Positions 57,730-64,000 of a stretch of DNA of 64,000 bases are shown here, piece by piece. The stretch comes from an uncultured Thiothrix sp. (GTDB taxonomy: Bacteria; Pseudomonadota; Gammaproteobacteria; Poriferisulfidales; GCA-002705445), in contig CACNYJ010000002.1 of NCBI GenBank assembly GCA_902624655.1, positions 69,771 to 133,770 of the forward strand, given 5' to 3'. Position 1 is the first letter of the stretch, and each line of letters starts with the position of its first letter. A program made the position numbers and the translations under genes. The notes beneath the pieces are model-generated. The model had not been told where the DNA came from, ran no database searches, and worked only from the letters and a program-made list of their open reading frames with translations.

Positions 57730-58338
57730 TTAATTATTCATAAGGTTCATTGCCAGCATATAGATTTCTTTACTATTTGGTCTTGATGCTTTCGGTTTAA
57801 TAATTTTTAAAACCTCAAAGTATTTTTTTACATCATTCAAGTACTCGTCTGTGCCTTTTCCTTGAAACAACTTTATAAGAAAATTTCCTCTCAAATTGAG
57901 GGCTGTTAAGGCCACATTTGTAACTTCTTCAGCCAGATTCAACATTGCAGGTATGTCTGCACTCTCTATACCACTTATATTAGGGGCAATATCTGACATT
58001 ACAAGGTCAATTTTACCAAAATTCTTATTTTTTAGGTAATTTTCTTGAAAATCTTCAATTTTTGTCTGTACAAAATTTACATTTGGCAGGCTTTCCATCT
58101 CAAGAACATCTATAGCCATAATTTCAATATTTTTGTGTTTTCTGGAAGCATATTGACTCCAGCCTCCTGGGGCGCTTCCTAAATCTAAGATTCTAGAATT
58201 TTTCTTGATTAAATTGTATTTTTCATCAATTTCTCTAAGTTTGAACACCGCTCGCGAACGCCAATTCTCTTTGTTAGCTTGCTTAACAAATTCGTCATTT
58301 ATATGTTTTTTATACCAGTTTGAAGATTTTTTACTCAT
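57730..58338 (-). CDS. rlmE: 23S rRNA (uridine2552-2'-O)-methyltransferase RlmE/FtsJ
   Basis: 202 aa with the SAM-binding motif [11 protein letters not shown] and a conserved KDEK layout. Confidence 0.9.
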   Translation of the reverse strand: MSKKSSNWYKKHINDEFVKQANKENWRSRAVFKLREIDEKYNLIKKNSRILDLGSAPGGWSQYASRKHKNIEIMAIDVLEMESLPNVNFVQTKIEDFQENYLKNKNFGKIDLVMSDIAPNISGIESADIPAMLNLAEEVTNVALTALNLRGNFLIKLFQGKGTDEYLNDVKKYFEVLKIIKPKASRPNSKEIYMLAMNLMNN

Positions 58339-58804
58339 AAAGAATTTTTAGAATTTCGAATTCTTTCACTCCACTTGGGGTTTCTGCTGAGACGACATCA
58401 CCTTCTTTTTTGCCAATCATAGATCTTGCAATAGGAGAATTTATTGAAATAAGCCCAAATTTTATATCAGCCTCGTCATCCCCAACAATTGTATAAGTAA
58501 TATCCGACTCTTTTTCAAAATCAAATAATTCAACTTTTGCACTAAAAACAACTCTATCTGATGATATTTTTTTTGGGTCTACAATTTCGGCATTAGATAA
58601 CTTCAGTTTTATATCCTTAATTCTTCCTTCTACAAACCCTTGTTGTTCTCTAGCTGCATGATATTCGGCATTCTCTTTCAGATCACCATGTTCTCTAGCA
58701 GTTGCAATTGCTTCAATAATTTTTGGTCTCTCTATGTTTGTGAGATTGTCAAGTTCATCGCGTAACTTTTTTTCACCATTTATTGTTATTGGAAATTTAC
58801 TCAT
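58331..58804 (-). CDS. greA: Transcription elongation factor GreA
   Basis: 157 aa with an N-terminal coiled-coil (acidic tip DLKENAEY) and an FKBP-like C-domain. Confidence 0.9.
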   Translation of the reverse strand: MSKFPITINGEKKLRDELDNLTNIERPKIIEAIATAREHGDLKENAEYHAAREQQGFVEGRIKDIKLKLSNAEIVDPKKISSDRVVFSAKVELFDFEKESDITYTIVGDDEADIKFGLISINSPIARSMIGKKEGDVVSAETPSGVKEFEILKILYE

Positions 58805-58831
58805 AGTTGAATTATGAAGTTGATATTTTTT

Positions 58832-61800
58832 TTATGCAAGTTTAAAAATATTTTGAAGTTTATAAACTTTTAGATTATTTGAGTGAGATATTGCTCCAAC
58901 TAGTGCATTTGCTCCTGCAATTGTAGTTGTATAATATACTTTTTGTTGTAATGCTTCTCTCCTGATTAAATATGAATCTTTTATAGCTTGTTTGTTCTGA
59001 GTTGTATTTATAATTAAGTCAATTTCCTTATTTTTGATCATATCAACGATATGAGTTCTTCCTTCTCTTACTTTGTTCACTCTTAAACATTTAATATTAT
59101 TTTTATTTAAGTAAGATTGTGTTCCGCCCGTAGCAAATAAATTAAAACCTAATTGAATTAATTTTTTTGCAATAGTATTTATGTTTTTCTTGTCTTCGTC
59201 TTTAACACTTATGAAAGCATTGCCCCCAGATGGAATTTCGATATTTGTTGATATCTGAGATTTTGCAAAAGCTTCTTCGAAAGTTTTTCCTGTTCCCATT
59301 ACCTCTCCTGTGGATTTCATTTCTGGACTTAGAATTGGATCTGCACCTGGAAACTTTAAAAAAGGGAAAACAACTTCTTTCACATTAAAATATTTACTTT
59401 TTGTTTCTTTAGGAGGATTTATCTCTTTTAAGGTTTCGCCGAGCATACATTTTGCGGCAATTTTTGCTACTGAGACACCAATCGATTTTGAAACAAAGGG
59501 TATGGTTCGAGATGCTCTTGGATTAACTTCTATAACATATAATTTTTTATCTTTGATTGCGAATTGTACATTCATTAAACCTAAAACATTTAATTTATTT
59601 GCCATTTTAACCGTATTTTTCTTAATAAAATCAAGTTGTATTTTGCTTATTGAGTAAGTTGGGATAGAGCATGCAGAATCACCAGAATGAACGCCTGCTT
59701 CCTCTATGTGTTGCATTATCCCAGCGATATACACCTCACCTTCTTTATCCCTTATTGCATCAACATCAATTTCAATTGCTTCATTTAAAAATTTATCAAT
59801 TAGAACGGGTGCATCATTTGATACTTTCACAGCCTCGTTTATATATTTCTTTAATTCGCTTGAATCATAAATCACTTCCATTGCTCTACCACCAAGAACG
59901 TAAGATGGTCTTACAATTATTGGATAACCAATATCATCAGCTTTTTTTAATGCCTGATTCTTATTCCTTGCAGTACCATTTGCAGGCTGAAGTACATCAA
60001 TATCTTTTAAAATCTTTTGAAACTTCTCTCTATCCTCTGCCGCATCAATCGACGCTGGGGATGTTCCAATAATAGGAACTTTAAACTTAGCAAGATCATT
60101 GACTAATTTTAAGGGTGTTTGACCACCATATTGAACAATAACTCCATCAGGTTTTTCAATATCTACAATATTAAGAACACTTTCGAGTGTAATAGGTTCA
60201 AAATATAATCGATCAGAAGTATCATAGTCTGTAGAAACGGTTTCCGGATTACAATTTATCATAATAGTTTCATATCCGAGTTCTTGTGCAGCCTTTGATG
60301 CATGAACACAGCAATAGTCAAACTCGATACCTTGTCCAATTCTATTTGGGCCGCTGCCAATAACAATAATTTTTTTATTTTTTGTTGGCAATGATTCGCA
60401 GAAATCTTCATACGTTGAGTAAAAATATGAAGTAGATGTAGGGAATTCAGCAGCACATGTGTCTACCCTCTTATAAACTGGTTTAATTTTTAAATTTATT
60501 CTCTTACTTCTAACTCTTGCTTCAGTTGTTTTCATTAATTTTGCAATTTTTACATCTGTAAATCCTTTTTTCTTAAACGAAAGCATATCCTTTTTTGATA
60601 TATCATTAATTTTATTTTTTGAAATACTTTTTTCTAAATTTACAATTTCGAAAATATTTTCTAAAAACCAATTATCTATTTTGGATATATTATGTACCTC
60701 TAGTATAGAATAATTTCTCCTAAATGCTTCAGCAACATAAAGTATTCTGTTAGGTCCAGGCTCTCTTAATTCGTATTCAAATTTAAATTTATCCATATCT
60801 TTAAAATCATCAATTTGATCGAGGCCGTAAAGGTCTAACTCAAGACTTGATAAAGCCTTCTGAAGTGATTCTTGAAAATTTCTACCCATTGACATTACTT
60901 CGCCGACTGATTTCATTTGAGTTGTAAGTCTATTATTCGATTTTGGGAATTTCTCAAAAGCGAATCTCGGAATTTTTGTCACAACGTAATCAATAGTAGG
61001 TTCAAAAGAAGCTGGAGTAGCGCCTCCAGTAATTTCGTTTTGCAGCTCATCTAAAGAAAATCCGACAGCAAGTTTTGCTGCTACTTTTGCTATTGGAAAG
61101 CCTGTTGCCTTAGATGCAAGAGCCGACGAACGGGATACCCTTGGATTCATTTCAATTACCACAAGTTTTCCATTCTTAGGATTTACAGCAAATTGGACAT
61201 TTGAACCACCAGTATCAACGCCTATTTTACGTAAGATTGCAATTGAAGCGTTTCTCATAATTTGATACTCCTTGTCAGTTAAAGTCTGAGCAGGAGCAAC
61301 TGTTATTGAGTCGCCAGTATGGACGCCCATAGGATCAAAATTTTCTATGGAGCAAATTATTATACAATTATCTTTTGAGTCTCTTACAACCTCCATTTCG
61401 TACTCCTTCCAGCCTAAAAGTGATTCCTCTAGGAGTATTTCAGTTGTTGGTGATATATCTAATCCTCTTTTTGATATTTCAATAAATTCCTCGATATTGT
61501 AAGCAATTCCACCGCCACTGCCTCCTAGGGTAAAAGAAGGTCTAATAATGATCGGAAATCCTATTTTTTTTTGCTTGTTAAGAGCATCTTCAAAATTTTT
61601 TACAATATATGATTTAGCTGAATCTAAGTTTATTTCTTGCATGGCTTTTTTAAATAAAAATCGATCCTCAGCTAGGTCTATGGCATTTTTGGATGCTCCA
61701 ATCATTTCCACTTTATGTTTTTTTAATACTCCTAATCTATCTAAATCCAGCGCACAATTTAGGGCGGTTTGTCCACCCATAGTTGGTAAAATCGCATCTG

Positions 61801-62047
61801 GTTTTTCAATTTCTATAATTTTTTCGACAGTGGAATGATTTATAGGCTCTATGTATGTCGCGTCGGCCATTTCTGGGTCAGTCATTATTGTTGCAACGTT
61901 AGAATTAACTAAGACGACTGAGTAACCTTCTTCTTTTAATGCTTTGCATGCTTGTACCCCTGAGTAATCAAATTCACATGCTTGCCCAATAACAATTGGT
62001 CCTGCACCTAAAATTAATATTTTTTTAATATCATTTCTTTTTGGCAT
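58832..62047 (-). CDS. carB: Carbamoyl-phosphate synthase large subunit
   Basis: 1071 aa with duplicated ATP-grasp halves and an MGS-like C-domain. Confidence 0.95.
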   Translation of the reverse strand: MPKRNDIKKILILGAGPIVIGQACEFDYSGVQACKALKEEGYSVVLVNSNVATIMTDPEMADATYIEPINHSTVEKIIEIEKPDAILPTMGGQTALNCALDLDRLGVLKKHKVEMIGASKNAIDLAEDRFLFKKAMQEINLDSAKSYIVKNFEDALNKQKKIGFPIIIRPSFTLGGSGGGIAYNIEEFIEISKRGLDISPTTEILLEESLLGWKEYEMEVVRDSKDNCIIICSIENFDPMGVHTGDSITVAPAQTLTDKEYQIMRNASIAILRKIGVDTGGSNVQFAVNPKNGKLVVIEMNPRVSRSSALASKATGFPIAKVAAKLAVGFSLDELQNEITGGATPASFEPTIDYVVTKIPRFAFEKFPKSNNRLTTQMKSVGEVMSMGRNFQESLQKALSSLELDLYGLDQIDDFKDMDKFKFEYELREPGPNRILYVAEAFRRNYSILEVHNISKIDNWFLENIFEIVNLEKSISKNKINDISKKDMLSFKKKGFTDVKIAKLMKTTEARVRSKRINLKIKPVYKRVDTCAAEFPTSTSYFYSTYEDFCESLPTKNKKIIVIGSGPNRIGQGIEFDYCCVHASKAAQELGYETIMINCNPETVSTDYDTSDRLYFEPITLESVLNIVDIEKPDGVIVQYGGQTPLKLVNDLAKFKVPIIGTSPASIDAAEDREKFQKILKDIDVLQPANGTARNKNQALKKADDIGYPIIVRPSYVLGGRAMEVIYDSSELKKYINEAVKVSNDAPVLIDKFLNEAIEIDVDAIRDKEGEVYIAGIMQHIEEAGVHSGDSACSIPTYSISKIQLDFIKKNTVKMANKLNVLGLMNVQFAIKDKKLYVIEVNPRASRTIPFVSKSIGVSVAKIAAKCMLGETLKEINPPKETKSKYFNVKEVVFPFLKFPGADPILSPEMKSTGEVMGTGKTFEEAFAKSQISTNIEIPSGGNAFISVKDEDKKNINTIAKKLIQLGFNLFATGGTQSYLNKNNIKCLRVNKVREGRTHIVDMIKNKEIDLIINTTQNKQAIKDSYLIRREALQQKVYYTTTIAGANALVGAISHSNNLKVYKLQNIFKLA

Positions 62048-63164
62048 TTTTCTTCTTTTTCATTAATTTAATAAATTCTTTAAAAAGATAATTTACATCC
62101 TGGGGTCCAGGACATGCTTCTGGATGGCCTTGGAAACTAAATACAGGAAGTTTTTTATGTTTAATTCCCTGAATAGTATTATCAAATAATGATCTGTGTG
62201 TGATTGTAAATTCATTTGATAAAGATTCTTCCTCAATAACAAAACCATGATTTTGACTTGTAATCATAACTCTTCCACTTTTAAGATCTATAACTGGATG
62301 GTTAGCTCCGTGATGGCCATACTTCATTTTCTTTGTTTTTGTATTACTTGCAAGAGCAATTAATTGATGACCAAGACAAATACCGAAAATTGGAATTTTG
62401 TGTTTAAAGAGACTTTTTATTGACTCTATTGCGAAATCACATGGCTCTGGATCTCCTGGGCCATTTGATAAAAATATTCCATCAGGGTTCTTTGCGATTA
62501 TTTTGCTTATTTGGGTTTTAGCCGGAACAACTTCAACATCACATCCCATTGAATAAAGAATTCGTAAGATATTTTTCTTTACTCCAAAATCATATGCAAT
62601 GACTTTAAAATTATTTCTAGATTTTTGGTTTGGGTTAATTTGCTGAAATATATTTTCTTTAAAGTTATAGGTTTTCGAGGAAGAAACTTTCGATGCTAAT
62701 TCAGCTCCCTCCATTCCTGTGTTTTTTAAAAGTTTCTTTTTTGCTTTCTCAATATCTTTTTTGTTATGAATTATGCACGCTTTCATTGCTCCATTATTTC
62801 TAATCTGCGAAGTTATATGTCTTGTGTCAATATCAGCTATACAGACAATTTTCATTTTTTTTAGGTATTCAGAAAAATTTTGTTCCGATCTCCAGTTCGA
62901 TGCTTGTAAAGGGGTTTCTCTTAAAACTAAACCGCTGACATAAGATGATGATGATTCTCGGTCTTCATTATTTATACCAACGTTCCCAATATGAGGATAG
63001 GTAAATGTAATTATTTGATTTTTGTATGATGGATCTGTGATAACCTCCTGGTAGCCAGTCATAGCAGTATTAAAGACTATTTCTCCATAAGAGTCTGCTT
63101 TATAACCAACAGAACTGCCATAAAATATTTCATTATTTTCTAAAATTAGAATAGCTTGTTGCAA
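62031..63164 (-). CDS. carA: Carbamoyl-phosphate synthase small subunit (TTG start, as in E. coli carA)
   Basis: 377 aa with a GATase triad region (GICLGHQL) and an N-terminal CPSase_sm domain. Confidence 0.95.
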   Translation of the reverse strand: MQQAILILENNEIFYGSSVGYKADSYGEIVFNTAMTGYQEVITDPSYKNQIITFTYPHIGNVGINNEDRESSSSYVSGLVLRETPLQASNWRSEQNFSEYLKKMKIVCIADIDTRHITSQIRNNGAMKACIIHNKKDIEKAKKKLLKNTGMEGAELASKVSSSKTYNFKENIFQQINPNQKSRNNFKVIAYDFGVKKNILRILYSMGCDVEVVPAKTQISKIIAKNPDGIFLSNGPGDPEPCDFAIESIKSLFKHKIPIFGICLGHQLIALASNTKTKKMKYGHHGANHPVIDLKSGRVMITSQNHGFVIEEESLSNEFTITHRSLFDNTIQGIKHKKLPVFSFQGHPEACPGPQDVNYLFKEFIKLMKKKKNAKKK

Positions 63165-63204
63165 AGTATTACCTATATCATTTTCAATTAAAAATTAGAT
63201 TGTA

Positions 63205-63942
63205 TTATAATGCCAAGAAATCTGACATGGTATACAACCCTGCATCTTTATCAATCATCCATTCAGCAGCAAGTATCGCGCCATTAGCAAAAATTTTTCT
63301 ATCAAAGCTTTTATGATGTATTTCGATAGATTCATCTTGTAAAGTAAACTTTACAGTATGGTCACCCACGACATTGCCAATTCTTAAACAATGATGGTTA
63401 ATTTCTTTCTTATTATTAATTGCCTCTTTTATTTTATCTTCAAAAGCAAGCGATGTTCCTGAGGGCATATCAATTTTATGTTTATGATGATGCTCTATAA
63501 TGTCAATATCTGAATTCTCTCCAATCGCCAATGAAGCTTTTTCGACTAATTCAAGACACAAGTTAATTCCTATGCTCATGTTTGATGACTTTAAAATAGG
63601 AATGTTTTTGCTTGCTGCTTCAATACGATCGATCTGTTTGCTTGAGTACCCTGTAGTACCAATAACAAGCTTTTTATTGAAATTAATACAGGCTTCAAGA
63701 ATTTCCATTGAATAATTTGGTTTTGTAAAATCAATGCAAATGTCGCATCCTTCAATAGAATTATTTAAATTTGTGGATAATTTTTCTTTACTAATTTCCA
63801 GCAAACTAAGTTCTTTTGATATTTTAGAGTTATCTCTTAAAATTCCTGAGGATAATTCTAAATTAGAGCTTTCTAATAAAACTTTTGCTATTTCCAAACC
63901 CATTCTTCCTGCGATACCAGGAATACACACTTTTATAGACAT
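63205..63942 (-). CDS. dapB: 4-hydroxy-tetrahydrodipicolinate reductase
   Basis: 245 aa with an N-terminal Rossmann motif (VCIPGIAGRMG) and the dapB-carAB linkage as in E. coli. Confidence 0.9.
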   Translation of the reverse strand: MSIKVCIPGIAGRMGLEIAKVLLESSNLELSSGILRDNSKISKELSLLEISKEKLSTNLNNSIEGCDICIDFTKPNYSMEILEACINFNKKLVIGTTGYSSKQIDRIEAASKNIPILKSSNMSIGINLCLELVEKASLAIGENSDIDIIEHHHKHKIDMPSGTSLAFEDKIKEAINNKKEINHHCLRIGNVVGDHTVKFTLQDESIEIHHKSFDRKIFANGAILAAEWMIDKDAGLYTMSDFLAL

Positions 63943-64000
63943 TCTGAACAGTTTGATGGTTAAAATTACAGTATAGTAACATACAGTTTATACAGTAAAA

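Noticed and set aside
61565-61574. A10 run inside carB that could, like the dnaX run, be a slippage site
   Set aside because: It encodes a Lys-rich in-frame stretch of an essential single-product enzyme with no known truncated isoform. Long A-runs are a general feature of this AT-rich genome, so it is not flagged as programmed.

Overview
This is an AT-rich (~30% GC) gammaproteobacterial chromosomal segment, typical of a streamlined marine lineage. It is densely packed with housekeeping genes, and most are on the minus strand. Left to right the window holds: lepA (cut by the window edge), a DegP/MucD-type protease, nadB, orn, recR-ybaB-dnaX, an AEC-family permease, two hypothetical proteins and a DoxX-like protein around a tRNA-Ser(GGA), an aceA-icd (isocitrate lyase / isocitrate dehydrogenase) pair, rraA, a Liv-type ABC importer cluster (livG-H-M-F-like) led by a P-loop-degenerate AMP-ligase-like gene and lacking a binding-protein gene, an N-terminally truncated mltF next to tadA, a formaldehyde-activating-enzyme (Fae)-like gene, a DASS/SLC13 transporter, guaBA, xseA, an orphan redox module (small membrane protein, MmoC/BenC-type 2Fe-2S/FNR reductase, GST-like protein, 3Fe-4S-type ferredoxin), msrB, the pnp-rpsO-truB-rbfA-infB-nusA-rimP block with an initiator tRNA-fMet, a complete 14-gene nuoA-N complex I operon, tRNA-Leu(GAG)-secG-tpiA-glmM-ftsH-rlmE-greA, and carBA-dapB. 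No transposases, integrases, CRISPR arrays or recognisable defence genes are present. The most notable sequence-level observations are: (i) an 11-nt A-run inside dnaX at the tau/gamma boundary, where a single-nucleotide slip in either direction hits a stop almost at once; (ii) an 18-codon upstream ORF, with its own strong SD, that duplicates the first four codons of nuoA and ends 6 nt before the SD-less nuoA start; (iii) the ABC-transporter-linked AMP-ligase-like gene whose phosphate-binding motifs are replaced; (iv) an Fae-like gene close to an aceA-icd pair; and (v) the orphan ferredoxin-GST-reductase module.
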